A stretch of 64,000 nt of DNA from Candidatus Gottesmanbacteria bacterium (GCA_023245335.1 JAHFKK010000001.1:555282-619281), one strand, 5' to 3'; positions 10,028 to 19,852 are shown, numbered from the stretch's first letter. The notes: generated by a model from the sequence alone, not told the origin. A program made the numbers and translations.

Positions 10028-10996
10028 CTAAAGGAGCGTGAGAAGGCTCGTCTTCAATTTGTCTATATGCTCTTCGTTGAGCACAGATCCGGAATATATT
10101 TCCTTGTGGAGCGGTTCGAATAACTTCGTCACCTCGCGTACTTTATTTTCTTCGACCAGGTCGGTTTTATTGAGAAAAATCACTTCGGGCTTTTCAAGAA
10201 GTTTCGGATTATATGCTTCAAACTCCTTACGTACGGTTTCGTATGCTTTGAGCGGGTCATCGATGGTTATGTCTATGCAGTGAACAAGAATTTTGGTTTT
10301 CTCTATGTGTTTGAGAAATTTTGTTCCCAGGCCGATGCCTTTTGATGCGCCTTCGATAAGGCCGGGAATGTCCGCGATGGCGTGCGTGCCCAACATACCG
10401 ATATTGGGCGTCAGTGTGGTAAAGGGATAGGCCCCTATCGCTGGCGTCGCGTTCGTGAGGCGGGTGAGAAGACTGCTTTTTCCGGCGTTCGGAAGGCCGA
10501 TAAGTCCGATCTCGGCGATCATCCGTAGTTCAAGATGGATATTTTTTAATTCGCCGGGATAGCCTAATTCCCGATTTTTCGGTGCTTGGTTGGTCGCGGA
10601 CTTGAATTTGAAGTTGCCGAAGCCGCCTTTCCCCCCGCGGGCGATGAGGATGGGGGAACCGACCGTATCTATCTCTATGATTTTCCCCGTGTCTATGTCT
10701 GTGATCCTAGTCCCCAGTGGGACGGAGATGATGATGTGCTCCGCATTTTTACCGAAGCCGTTATGTTTCGTGCCGTCGCCTCCGTTTAGGCCCCGTATTG
10801 CTTTTTTGAAACGGAATGCATGAAGGTCGTTGAGGTTGTTGGAGCCCTGAAAAAGTACATCGCCTCCGTGTCCGCCGTTACCGCCGTCCGGGCCGCCTTT
10901 GGCAGACATGGCAGTCCTGCGGAAGGTGGCTACGCCATTCCCGCCGTTACCGGCTTTGACAACTAGAGTGACGCTATCGATGAGCATACCTGGCAT
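10028..10996 (-). CDS. obg: GTPase Obg/CgtA (short form lacking the C-terminal domain)
   Basis: Gly-rich N-terminal Obg fold (GGNGG, GGPDGGNGGHGG) and the G1 motif GLPNAGKSSLL. Confidence 0.92.
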   Translation of the reverse strand: MPGMLIDSVTLVVKAGNGGNGVATFRRTAMSAKGGPDGGNGGHGGDVLFQGSNNLNDLHAFRFKKAIRGLNGGDGTKHNGFGKNAEHIIISVPLGTRITDIDTGKIIEIDTVGSPILIARGGKGGFGNFKFKSATNQAPKNRELGYPGELKNIHLELRMIAEIGLIGLPNAGKSSLLTRLTNATPAIGAYPFTTLTPNIGMLGTHAIADIPGLIEGASKGIGLGTKFLKHIEKTKILVHCIDITIDDPLKAYETVRKEFEAYNPKLLEKPEVIFLNKTDLVEENKVREVTKLFEPLHKEIYSGSVLNEEHIDKLKTSLLTLL

Positions 10997-11045
10997 TGTA
11001 CCATCATAGCGAGGCCGTCATCGGCTATTGAGGCTATAATTTCTA

Positions 11046-11960
11046 TCAAATGTCTTGTTTTGTCGTTGATACCTGTCGCCATTTCTGCCTCAGTACTTTT
11101 GCATAGCTCAGCGCTTTGTATTTGCAATACAGATTAATGGCCAATATCCCGATACTGTATACGGGTTTCCGTATGAACATCCATAACTGAGCGAGATATT
11201 TTTCTCTTTTTGACCGTGAGTATTCTTTGGTGACGATGTCGCCAAACATGTCCGTGAGGTAGGTAAATCGCGATAAATAGCGAGAATTTTGAGTGATTTG
11301 ATCCGCAAATGTCGTAGGGGATCGGTACCAGACATATGCCGTTCTTGCATACCGATATACAAATCCTCTGGTGGTGCAGCTGAAATAGAGAAAGTTGTCG
11401 TCGCTATCGATATTATCGGGAAGGCGAATCCGAGAAAAAAATCGGCGCGTCAGGCAATAAATTTTCCCCTCGGCCGTGTATGCGGTATTGCCACCCTTGA
11501 CGCGTATACGGAAAGCATCAAAGGTTTCATAAGACGTATTAACGCACCTTTCTACGAACGTCTTCCCTTCCCGCGGTTTTGCCCGTCCGCAAACCATGGC
11601 GACCTTAGGGTTAATGAGGGTTGGTTGGATAAGATGTGCGATCGTATCCTGTGCTCCTAGGACGACATCAGCGTCAAAGACAACAAGCAGGTCGGATTGA
11701 ACCGTATTAAATAATTCCTGAAGTCCAGCTATTTTACCTTTCCGTACTTTTCGGACAATTAACCGGATGCGCGAATCATGAACGGCTCGAACTTTTTTTA
11801 CGGTTGAATCCGTGCTTCTGTCGGAGAATACGATGATTTCTTTGAGTGTGAAGTTGCTTTCATGTTGGGCACAGATTGATCGTAACAGTTTTTGTATGTT
11901 ATGTTCTTCATTTAACGCTGATACTCCCACTGTTACTGACTTTGTTTCGGTTTTACGCAT
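11046..11960 (-). CDS. glycosyltransferase family 2
   Basis: N-terminal GT-A fold with DAD (VVFDADVV). Confidence 0.75.
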   Translation of the reverse strand: MRKTETKSVTVGVSALNEEHNIQKLLRSICAQHESNFTLKEIIVFSDRSTDSTVKKVRAVHDSRIRLIVRKVRKGKIAGLQELFNTVQSDLLVVFDADVVLGAQDTIAHLIQPTLINPKVAMVCGRAKPREGKTFVERCVNTSYETFDAFRIRVKGGNTAYTAEGKIYCLTRRFFSRIRLPDNIDSDDNFLYFSCTTRGFVYRYARTAYVWYRSPTTFADQITQNSRYLSRFTYLTDMFGDIVTKEYSRSKREKYLAQLWMFIRKPVYSIGILAINLYCKYKALSYAKVLRQKWRQVSTTKQDI

Positions 11961-12123
11961 AAGTATTGCGACGTAAACGAATATAATAATACGATATTAT
12001 CCATTGCCATGTGTCGCCGACGTAGCGTCTGAGTTAGGTTGTAATATATAACACAATTACCCATTGCGATTATTTCTTCGTTTCCTGTATAGTTTTCCTT
12101 ATAAAGAAAGGAAGGTGATAGAT

Positions 12124-12360
12124 ATGAAGACGATGACATGTAAACAAATGGGAGGCCCGTGTGACGCTCCTGTGCAGGGCAATACCGCCGATGAAATGAT
12201 GGCAAATGGTGCCATACACGTCAATGAGATGGCGGCCAAAGGCGATGAAGCGCACAAAAAAGTTCAGGAAATGATGCTTGAGATGCAAAAGAATCCCGCA
12301 TCAGGTGAAGAGTGGAATAAGAATTTTGCGGCAGCTTATGCAGCAAGTCCTGACAATTAA
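12124..12360 (+). CDS. DUF1059-family small protein
   Basis: The MKTMTCKQMGGPCDAPVQGNTADEMM N-terminus is characteristic of DUF1059. Start chosen at 12124 because of the GGAAGGTGA ribosome-binding site. The longer ORF from 12064 is probably an upstream extension. Confidence 0.6.
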   Translation: MKTMTCKQMGGPCDAPVQGNTADEMMANGAIHVNEMAAKGDEAHKKVQEMMLEMQKNPASGEEWNKNFAAAYAASPDN

Positions 12361-12437
12361 TAATTTTGAGGAATAAAAAGAAAAATCAGTTCACTATGTG
12401 TAGTGGCTGGTTTTTCTTTTTTTTGTGGGTAAAGTGA

Positions 12438-12863
12438 TTAGCCTTGCGAGTCTTCTACGTGTTGTTTTGCTTTTTGCCACGCGTGTTTGGGAGTAACCAG
12501 AATTCTTGGATCCTCTAGTCGATCGAAGGCATGAAGACCCCGGGCTAGAGCCGTAGCGCGTGATGATACCGGATCTTCTCCCTCGTGAGAGGTACGGACA
12601 TTATTAAGCGGCACAATTACCTTGCGGGCGCCTCTATGTAACGCGTAGTCTATGAGTCCTGACATGCAGACACCAGCTTTAGCGCCGTTTGCCACCACGA
12701 TTGCGCCCCGCGCGTCTTGAAGCGCATCATCCACCTCGGCGCTGTTGTCGTTTTTTGCGACGGTCCAGCCCTGTTTCTTTCGTTTTTTGGCAAGTTGATT
12801 CTGATCCTTAAAATCGCCTTTTCCAACGAAGATGCGGATAACTTTTGGTAGTATTTCAGTCAT
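12438..12863 (-). CDS. hypothetical Rossmann-like/SLOG-like protein
   Basis: 141 aa. A glycine-rich segment GAIVVANGAKAGVCMSG suggests a nucleotide-binding fold. No family could be assigned. Confidence 0.4.
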   Translation of the reverse strand: MTEILPKVIRIFVGKGDFKDQNQLAKKRKKQGWTVAKNDNSAEVDDALQDARGAIVVANGAKAGVCMSGLIDYALHRGARKVIVPLNNVRTSHEGEDPVSSRATALARGLHAFDRLEDPRILVTPKHAWQKAKQHVEDSQG

Positions 12864-12941
12864 GAGTCAGAATTATATCGAAATTTGGGAAATAAATGAT
12901 ATTCAAATGCCTCTCGCAAATGAAAGAGGCGGTATGCTAGG

Positions 12942-13253
12942 CTATTTTTTCTCCGTTACCGTATCAGCATAAAGCGTCGTGCCGGAAAATTGACCGGTGA
13001 CCTCGACATTTTTATTTGCATACGTTTTGAGGTCAATGGTTTGTGACGTGACGCCGGTCGTTTTCCCTTTTGTGTCTAGCAGTATGAAGGAGTAGTCGTC
13101 CCCTTTGCCCGGCATAAGCAATCCGGTCAGAGTATCGCTTTGGGACTTTGGCGCGACAGATGTTTGATTTTGATGCGACAGATATCGGAATCCGACAAAT
13201 CCGCCAAATCCTAATACCGCAATGATTACTACACCGACGATAAATTGCTTCAT
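12942..13253 (-). CDS. membrane-anchored small protein (N-terminal TM), unknown
   Basis: 103 aa; hydrophobic N-terminal helix followed by a Thr/Gly-rich extracytoplasmic part. Confidence 0.4.
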   Translation of the reverse strand: MKQFIVGVVIIAVLGFGGFVGFRYLSHQNQTSVAPKSQSDTLTGLLMPGKGDDYSFILLDTKGKTTGVTSQTIDLKTYANKNVEVTGQFSGTTLYADTVTEKK

Positions 13254-13367
13254 ATCATGATTATATCAACTCACAAAGAAAGGCTTGAATAGAACCGATT
13301 TCTTTGGAGATGAAAGTTGTTTGGTAAATTTGTTTTGTGAGTACAGGTGTTGGGACGAAATAGGAAC

Positions 13368-13583
13368 TTACTTCTTGGAATGTTCTTCGGGATCTGTATT
13401 AGGTTTTTGTGTTGGAAGTTTCATAGCCAGTCGTAAAACTAATATTCCTTCGATAGATAATAAAAGAATAAACGTAATTCCCCAGGCGAGAATTGGAGGC
13501 GAGAATTCTCCGAATGGAATTAGGTGAAGAATTGCATAACCGATAATAGGAAAAAGAAGTACAGCAGTAATTGATAACTTCAT
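13368..13583 (-). CDS. small two-TM membrane protein (holin-like topology), unknown
   Basis: 71 aa with two hydrophobic helices and a charged C-terminus. The locus is low in GC. Confidence 0.35.
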   Translation of the reverse strand: MKLSITAVLLFPIIGYAILHLIPFGEFSPPILAWGITFILLLSIEGILVLRLAMKLPTQKPNTDPEEHSKK

Positions 13584-13641
13584 AGTAAATATCTTGTGGA
13601 CCTCTTGAAAATATTAGATCCAGCTTGTGTTTTGTTAAGAA

Positions 13642-13884
13642 TTAATAGCCATTTTTATGCAAACAAAGAGTATATGTCATTTCTTGGAATGTTTTGATTT
13701 CATTTAGAGTGGCACTAGGTGGCATTTGAGCAGTCGATACGAATTGTTCACACGAGATTATTACCCGTTGTTTCAGTTCAAATGCTTTTCTATTAGCTGC
13801 ATCTTTTTGAGGTAAAAATACAACTAAGTAATACGCAAAAGACAATGCGAATACTAATACCGCCACAGAGAGAATCAATTTCAT
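13642..13884 (-). CDS. small N-terminal-TM protein, unknown
   Basis: 80 aa. It begins 23 nt after the tRNA-Glu 3' end, in a low-GC stretch. Confidence 0.35.
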   Translation of the reverse strand: MKLILSVAVLVFALSFAYYLVVFLPQKDAANRKAFELKQRVIISCEQFVSTAQMPPSATLNEIKTFQEMTYTLCLHKNGY

Positions 13885-13906
13885 AATTACGGTCTAATTT
13901 TAATTG

Positions 13907-13980
13907 TACCCCCAGTCGGATTCGGACCGACGATTTGTTCCTTGAGAAGGAACCGTCCTAGGCCGCTAGACGATGGGGGC
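13907..13980 (-). tRNA. tRNA-Glu (anticodon CUC)
   Basis: Folded by hand on the minus strand. Acceptor stem GCCCCCA/UGGGGGU. D-stem GUCU/GGAC with loop AGCGGCCUA. Anticodon stem GUUCC/GGAAC with loop UUCUCAA, giving anticodon CUC. Variable loop AAAUC. T-stem GUCGG/CCGAC with loop UCCGAAU. Discriminator A. CCA is not encoded. The C at T-loop position 55 is non-canonical (U is usual), which slightly lowers confidence. Confidence 0.78.
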
Positions 13981-14211
13981 GGCATGCATATTGTAGCATT
14001 ATTGCGGCGTATTTCGTAGCTAAGAACGAAAGCCGGTCATTACTCAAAATTGTGTGAAATACCCCATAGTTTTATCGTGAAATTGAGCTTGACAAGGCAA
14101 TATAACTTTGAGACAATCGAGGCTGGTGTAGAAGCCAAAAGGCTAAGAATTGTATTTATTATCTGTCTCCCCGGAACAATATGAATTTTGGGGAGGCTTT
14201 TTTTACTGCAT

Positions 14212-14676
14212 ATGGACAATAATCATGGCGTAGTTTTGACCAAAGAAGGCCTCAATACACTTAAAGCAGAATACGATGAACTCGTAAACGTCAAGCGGCC
14301 CGTCGCCGTGGAGCGTCTGGCAAACGCGCGCGATCAGGGGGACCTGGCGGAAAACAGCGAATATACCGATGCCAAACAGAATCTGGCCTTCATAGATGGC
14401 CGCATCGCTGAGCTTGAGGAAGTATTGCATGGCGTAAAAGTGGTCACGAGCCACCCGAAAGGGCAGATCGACGTCGGCTGCAAAGTGACGCTTCATTTGA
14501 ACGGCAAAAAGGAAGTATTTACGATCGTTGGAGAATGGGAAGCCGATCCGACCAGTAAAAAAATCTCTCATGAATCCCCCTTGGGAAAAGCCCTGTTGGG
14601 CAAGAAGGTGGGGGACAAGGTAGAGGTGGAAGCGCCGGCGGGCAAAATCCTCTACAAGATCTTACACATAGAGTAA
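14212..14676 (+). CDS. greA: transcription elongation factor GreA
   Basis: Aligns along its length with E. coli GreA (the GDLAENSEY region). The ORF-track start at 14188 adds 8 residues; 14212 gives the canonical 155-aa length. Confidence 0.88.
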   Translation: MDNNHGVVLTKEGLNTLKAEYDELVNVKRPVAVERLANARDQGDLAENSEYTDAKQNLAFIDGRIAELEEVLHGVKVVTSHPKGQIDVGCKVTLHLNGKKEVFTIVGEWEADPTSKKISHESPLGKALLGKKVGDKVEVEAPAGKILYKILHIE

Positions 14677-14695
14677 GATCCTGACGATAGAAGAA

Positions 14696-14728
14696 AAAGA
14701 TCCCGCCACCAGGCGGGATTTTCTTTGT
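14696..14728 (+). terminator. rho-independent terminator (TCCCGCC-acca-GGCGGGA + TTTTCTTTGT) after greA
   Basis: Stem-loop followed by a T-tract 20 nt after the greA stop codon. Confidence 0.75.
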
Positions 14729-14769
14729 CCGTCGTAGCCTTGGCGAAGACGGATGTATATAATAGGACT

Positions 14770-16698
14770 ATGGCAACCATAGACGAGCTGAAAAAAATTA
14801 GGATAGAGAAATTAGAAGCGTTGAGAAAGCAGGGGATTGACCCCTATCCCTCCGTCGTGCGTCGGGATCAGACGATCAGTCAAGCTCTGGAGATGGATGC
14901 GAAACAGGTTGCTGTTACGGGACGAATTTTGGGCATGCGGGGACATGGGAAAATCTACTTTGTCGACCTTGCCGATGAATCCGGCCGTATTCAGGTCGTA
15001 CTGAAAGCGGATGCATGTTCTCAGGATTCTTTCGCGTTAATTCCTCAGTTGGATATTGCGGACTTCATAGCAGTGCAAGGTGTGGTAGGAAAAACTCAGG
15101 CAGGCGAGGCATCTGTTTTTGCAGATGATTTCCAGATGCTTACCAAAACGCTCTTACCGCTTCCCGATCAGTGGCATGGATTGAAAGATGTCGAAGAGCG
15201 TTATCGCAAACGATATCTGGATACGATACTCAATGAAGATGTCAGACATCGTCTCCAGAAGCGGAGCAGAATCATCGACAGCGTACGTGATTTTTTGACG
15301 GATCGCGATTTTCTGGAAGTGGAGACGCCGACATTGCAGCCCGTGTATGGGGGCGGTTTTGCCCGACCGTTTTCTACCCACCATAACGAACTGGCGGCGG
15401 ATTTTTATCTCCGGATTTCCGATGAAATGTATCTTAAACGCCTCATTGTAGGAGGATTCGATAAAGTATTTGAAATTACCAAGGTATTCCGTAACGAAGG
15501 CGTGGATCACGATCACAATCCTGAGTTCACCATGTTTGAAGCGCAGATCGCATATGAAGATTATTCCTATGGTATGGATATCATCGAAGAGATTATCGAA
15601 TACAGCGCACTTCAGACATTGGGGACAACCAAATTTACCTATCAGGGAGTGAAAATGGACGTTAAAAGACCGTGGTCGCGGTACAAAGTGGTAGAAGCGA
15701 TCAAAGAATTTACCGGCGTGGATGTACTCACTTGGAAAACGCTCGCAGAAGCTAAAGCGGCGATCCAAAAAGTTGAAGGCATCGTGGAAGACAAATTCAA
15801 GGAACTGAAAAAGATGCAACATATAGGCCAATGTATAGCGTTTCTCTTTGAGGAAGCGGTGGAAGAGAAGCTGATTCAGCCGACGATCATCTATGACTAC
15901 CCGATAGAAATTTCTCCGCTTGCGAAAAAATGCGAGGATCCACGGTTTACCCAAAGGTTTGAAATGTTTGCATTCGGATCAGAACTCGGCAATAACTATA
16001 CGGAACTTAATGATCCTATTGATCTCCGTAAACGATTTGTTGACGAGAAAGAACGGGAAAAAGCCGGGTTCGCGGAAGCACATCAGACGGATTACGATTA
16101 TCTCGAAGCTATAGAACATGGATTTCCGCCGACCTGCGGCATTGCTATAGGTATTGATAGGCTGGTCATGCTCTTAACCGACGCGAAGTCCATAAAGGAA
16201 GTGATTCCGTTTCCGACACTGCGGCCGCAGAAGAATACAGAGCATATGCCGGCAACGATGAATCAAGTGGCATTACCTGATGAAAAAAGCATGCGGTTTA
16301 TCGCTATCGTGCGAAATGATATAGAAGCAGGAAGGCGCATGAATGCTCTGGGTCATATGACGGCGGGATTGGCGGGGGGCTTCGAAAAGGCAAAAGAAAT
16401 GTGCTTTTTACAATATTCGGATAAAGATAACGGGATACACCCGAATATTTCTCATTTTCCGTTTATTGTATTAAAAGCCGATAATTCCAGTCAGATACGG
16501 AAAGTCCGCGAAGAGGCCCAAAAGCGGGGAATTATATTTACCGACTTTACGAGTACTATGACGGTGGGCACATCAGCGGAACAACAGACAAGAACCAGGG
16601 AAACAGCGGAATCCGAACTGGACTATTTTGGTATCTGTCTTTTTGGAAAAACAGATGAGCTCCGGGAATTCACTAAAAAATTCTCCCTTTTTAAATAA
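14770..16698 (+). CDS. lysS: lysyl-tRNA synthetase (class II) fused to a C-terminal PTH2/DUF2000-like domain
   Basis: The class II LysRS core (OB-fold anticodon-binding domain plus catalytic motifs 1-3) ends near FPTLRP. About 155 extra C-terminal residues follow (MRFIAIVRNDIEAGRRMNALGHMTAGLAGG...), resembling the peptidyl-tRNA hydrolase PTH2/DUF2000 fold. Start set at ATG 14770 (MATIDELKK). The ORF-track start at 14725 is a TTG inside the greA terminator. Confidence 0.85.
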   Translation: MATIDELKKIRIEKLEALRKQGIDPYPSVVRRDQTISQALEMDAKQVAVTGRILGMRGHGKIYFVDLADESGRIQVVLKADACSQDSFALIPQLDIADFIAVQGVVGKTQAGEASVFADDFQMLTKTLLPLPDQWHGLKDVEERYRKRYLDTILNEDVRHRLQKRSRIIDSVRDFLTDRDFLEVETPTLQPVYGGGFARPFSTHHNELAADFYLRISDEMYLKRLIVGGFDKVFEITKVFRNEGVDHDHNPEFTMFEAQIAYEDYSYGMDIIEEIIEYSALQTLGTTKFTYQGVKMDVKRPWSRYKVVEAIKEFTGVDVLTWKTLAEAKAAIQKVEGIVEDKFKELKKMQHIGQCIAFLFEEAVEEKLIQPTIIYDYPIEISPLAKKCEDPRFTQRFEMFAFGSELGNNYTELNDPIDLRKRFVDEKEREKAGFAEAHQTDYDYLEAIEHGFPPTCGIAIGIDRLVMLLTDAKSIKEVIPFPTLRPQKNTEHMPATMNQVALPDEKSMRFIAIVRNDIEAGRRMNALGHMTAGLAGGFEKAKEMCFLQYSDKDNGIHPNISHFPFIVLKADNSSQIRKVREEAQKRGIIFTDFTSTMTVGTSAEQQTRTRETAESELDYFGICLFGKTDELREFTKKFSLFK

Positions 16699-16701
16699 TC
16701 C

Positions 16702-17268
16702 ATGATCACACGGGCTCAGGCTTTGGAACTATTGCACGCGCACACGCAAAACCAAAATCTCCGGCGGCACATGTATGCGGTAGGATTTGCCATGCGCGCG
16801 CTTGCCGAGAAACTAGGCGGAGAGCCGGATATGTGGGAGACACTTGGACTTCTCCATGATGCGGATTGGGAAGAAACCAAGGATACGCCGAATGAACATA
16901 CGAAACATTCATTAGCGTGGTTAAAGGAGTCGGGGGAAGTCGAAGGACCTCTCGTCCACGCGCTTATGTCGCATAACCGCAAACTTACGGGACTCGCCGA
17001 AGTGGAGGGGAATATGGAGTGGGCACTGGAAACGGTCGACGAGCTTACCGGCTTCATCGTCGCGGTAGCGCTCGTTCGCCCCGAAAAGAAATTGGAGCTC
17101 GTCTCCGTAGAATCCGTCATGAAGAAATGGAAAATGAAAGCATTCGCGGCAGCGGTAGAGCGGGAACAGATCGCGCAGTGTGAAGATACGCTCCACATAC
17201 CGCTTCCCGAATTTATCCAACTCACACTCACTGCAATGCAATCACACCATGAAGAGTTAGGACTGTAA
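16702..17268 (+). CDS. HD-domain phosphohydrolase
   Basis: The H...HD...D metal-binding signature (RRHMYAVGF ... LLHDADW). It begins 4 nt after lysS. Confidence 0.75.
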   Translation: MITRAQALELLHAHTQNQNLRRHMYAVGFAMRALAEKLGGEPDMWETLGLLHDADWEETKDTPNEHTKHSLAWLKESGEVEGPLVHALMSHNRKLTGLAEVEGNMEWALETVDELTGFIVAVALVRPEKKLELVSVESVMKKWKMKAFAAAVEREQIAQCEDTLHIPLPEFIQLTLTAMQSHHEELGL

Positions 17269-17297
17269 GTATATTCGCATGTTAATACGTTGATATA

Positions 17298-17921
17298 ATG
17301 AAACTTCTTGTTGCCACAACGAACCCCGGTAAATTAACCGAAATAAAGCATTATTTATCCGAGGTACCGATTGAACTGGTCAGTCTCAAAGACGTCGGGA
17401 TTACTGACGCGGTCGAGGAAACCGGTACGACATTTGAGGAAAACGCGATTCTGAAAGCACAGCATTACGCCAAAGAATCCGGGCTTATGACGCTTGCTGA
17501 TGACGGAGGATTTGAGATAGATGCCTTGGGTGGCGAGCCCGGTATCAAGTCCCACCGATGGGTGCATGGTGACCGGGAAAGTACGGATGAGGAACTCATA
17601 GCGCACGCGTTTAAAATGATGAAGAATATACCATCCGGCAAGCGCGACGCACAGCTTCGACTTGTGCTGGCACTGGTTAGGGCAAACGGAGAAGTCGTTG
17701 CGACGGTCGAGGAAAAAGTGCGCGGTATCGTGCCGGAAGCTCCATCAAATGCACGGAGCGAAGGGTTCCCATACCGTTCAATCCTCTTTATTCCGGAGAT
17801 GAATAAATATTACGATCAAAACGTCATGACGATTGAGGAAGCGGAGCGGCATAACCACAGAAAGCGGGCACTTGAACGAATGAAGCCGTACCTACTGCAA
17901 ATAGCTTCGGGAAGTGTATAA
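17298..17921 (+). CDS. rdgB: non-canonical purine NTP pyrophosphatase (RdgB/HAM1 family)
   Basis: Contains the ATTNPGK motif; 207 aa is the typical length. Confidence 0.88.
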   Translation: MKLLVATTNPGKLTEIKHYLSEVPIELVSLKDVGITDAVEETGTTFEENAILKAQHYAKESGLMTLADDGGFEIDALGGEPGIKSHRWVHGDRESTDEELIAHAFKMMKNIPSGKRDAQLRLVLALVRANGEVVATVEEKVRGIVPEAPSNARSEGFPYRSILFIPEMNKYYDQNVMTIEEAERHNHRKRALERMKPYLLQIASGSV

Positions 17922-17928
17922 TAATCGT

Positions 17929-19173
17929 ATGTTAGACATTAAATTCATCCGGGATAATCTCGCACTCTGTAAAACCGCTGCGAAAAATAAGAATCGCGAG
18001 GTTGAATGGGAAGAGTTACTTACTCTTGATGAAAAACGCCGATCATTACTGAATACGTCCGAAACATTGAGAGCAGAAAGAAATGCCGTCAGTAAGACGC
18101 GCACGGATGACGGTGTCGCTCGCGGTAAAGAAATTAAGGATGAGCTTAAAGGATTAGAAGAAGAACTCCGGTCGGTAGAGGAACGCTTTAATCTCCTTAT
18201 GCTGACTGTTCCCAACGTGCCAGACGCGAGTGTGCCGGTTGGGAAAGACGCGAGCGGCAACGTTGAGGTACGAAAAGTCGGGAAGCCTACGAAGTTTGAC
18301 TTCACACCCAAGGACCATATAGAGCTTGCGAAGTCTCTCGATCTTATCGATTTCGAGCGGGGGACGAAGGTCGGAGGATTCCGCGCGTATTTTCTGAAAA
18401 ATGAGGCTGCACAGCTGGAGTTTGCCGTACTTTTCTACACATTCCAGAAATTGATCGCCAAAGGGTACACGCCGCTTATCGCGCCGAGTTTGGTTCGGGA
18501 GTTTGCTTTCTACGGTAACGGGCAGTTCCCATGGAGTAAAGATGAGACATATCACCTCGAAAAAGACGACTTGTACCTTTCCGGGACTGCAGAGGTACCG
18601 GTCACGGCCTATCTCTCGGACGAAGTATTAGCAGAAAAAGATTTACCAAAGAAATTCGTGGCGTTTTCTTCTTGTTACCGCCGGGAAGCCGGGAGTTACG
18701 GTAAAGATACCAAAGGGGCTTATCGGGTGCACCAATTTAACAAGGTTGAACAAGTAATTATCTCAACTGCAGAAACGAGTAATTCTCTTACTCTACATGA
18801 AGAGTTGTTGGCGAACGCAGAGGAAATTTTACAGGACCTCAAGCTTCCGTATCGGGTACTCCTTATGTGCACTGGCGATATGGGCGAGCCGCAAGTCAAA
18901 AAGTACGATCTGGAAACCTGGATGCCGGGAAGGAAGGAATATGGCGAGACGATGTCCAACTCGTTCATGGGGGATTTCCAAGCGAGGAGACTAAAGATCC
19001 GGTATCGTGCGAGTGACGGAACGACGAAGTTTTGCCATACCCTCAATAATACGGCGATAGCTTCCCCCCGCATCCTCATTGCTATTCTCGAAAATTATCA
19101 GCAAAAGGACGGAACAATTAAAATCCCCGAAGTGTTACAGCCGCTTATAGGCAAATCAGTTATCAAGCGATAA
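17929..19173 (+). CDS. serS: seryl-tRNA synthetase
   Basis: N-terminal MLDIKFIRDN coiled-coil arm followed by a class II catalytic core. Start taken at 17929 rather than the overlapping 17914. Confidence 0.9.
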   Translation: MLDIKFIRDNLALCKTAAKNKNREVEWEELLTLDEKRRSLLNTSETLRAERNAVSKTRTDDGVARGKEIKDELKGLEEELRSVEERFNLLMLTVPNVPDASVPVGKDASGNVEVRKVGKPTKFDFTPKDHIELAKSLDLIDFERGTKVGGFRAYFLKNEAAQLEFAVLFYTFQKLIAKGYTPLIAPSLVREFAFYGNGQFPWSKDETYHLEKDDLYLSGTAEVPVTAYLSDEVLAEKDLPKKFVAFSSCYRREAGSYGKDTKGAYRVHQFNKVEQVIISTAETSNSLTLHEELLANAEEILQDLKLPYRVLLMCTGDMGEPQVKKYDLETWMPGRKEYGETMSNSFMGDFQARRLKIRYRASDGTTKFCHTLNNTAIASPRILIAILENYQQKDGTIKIPEVLQPLIGKSVIKR

Positions 19174-19195
19174 TAGGAAACGGCGTTACTTATAC

Positions 19196-19852
19196 ATGAC
19201 CGCAACGCACAAATCTGTGTGGTTAAGTTATCTTATCCCTCTCACGCTTATCCGTGATTCCTCCGAATTTAATAAAGACATCCGCGTGGTCGTTTCCTAC
19301 GGAAAGAAAAAATTATTGGTAAACGGCATTCAGCAGTCGGGGCCGATGATTGAGGGCTTCTGGAATTTCGCATTCAGCAACGTGTCTTTACCGACAAAAC
19401 AAACCGTCCGCTCGATACTCGTCCTCGGCGTCGGGGGAGGCACGGTCATAGGTAAGCTGGAGGTGCATTATCCCGATGCCAAGATCACTGCCGTAGATAT
19501 AGATGAAGCTATCATAGATATCGGCCGATCCTATTTCGGATTATCCGGTAAGCCTCATCTAACGTTAGTCGCGGCGGATGCAAAAACGTATATTGCCGAT
19601 ACACATAAACAGTTTGATTTCATAATCGCTGATTTGTACATCGGGCGCGACATACCGGCATTTGAATCGTCTGTATCGTTTATACGGAACATGAAGAAGG
19701 CACTGCGACCCGGTGGGCACATCCTCATAAACTTTTTGCATGACAGCGCGTACGAAAAACGCGCCGCGTTACTGCGTACGAGACTTCGGGAAGAGTTTAC
19801 CCATGTGGAAACAGCTGCGCTTCCGTACAATCTCTTTTTCATGGCTTATTAG
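19196..19852 (+). CDS. spermidine-synthase-like SAM-dependent methyltransferase-fold protein
   Basis: LVLGVGGGTVIGKL glycine-rich motif and DFIIADL, reminiscent of the aminopropyltransferase family. Confidence 0.5.
   Translation: MTATHKSVWLSYLIPLTLIRDSSEFNKDIRVVVSYGKKKLLVNGIQQSGPMIEGFWNFAFSNVSLPTKQTVRSILVLGVGGGTVIGKLEVHYPDAKITAVDIDEAIIDIGRSYFGLSGKPHLTLVAADAKTYIADTHKQFDFIIADLYIGRDIPAFESSVSFIRNMKKALRPGGHILINFLHDSAYEKRAALLRTRLREEFTHVETAALPYNLFFMAY

Noticed and set aside
14725-14769. TTG-initiated start of lysS given by the ORF track
   Set aside because: The TTG sits inside the T-tract of the greA terminator. LysRS homology begins at MATIDELKK (ATG 14770), with a TATAAT box just upstream.
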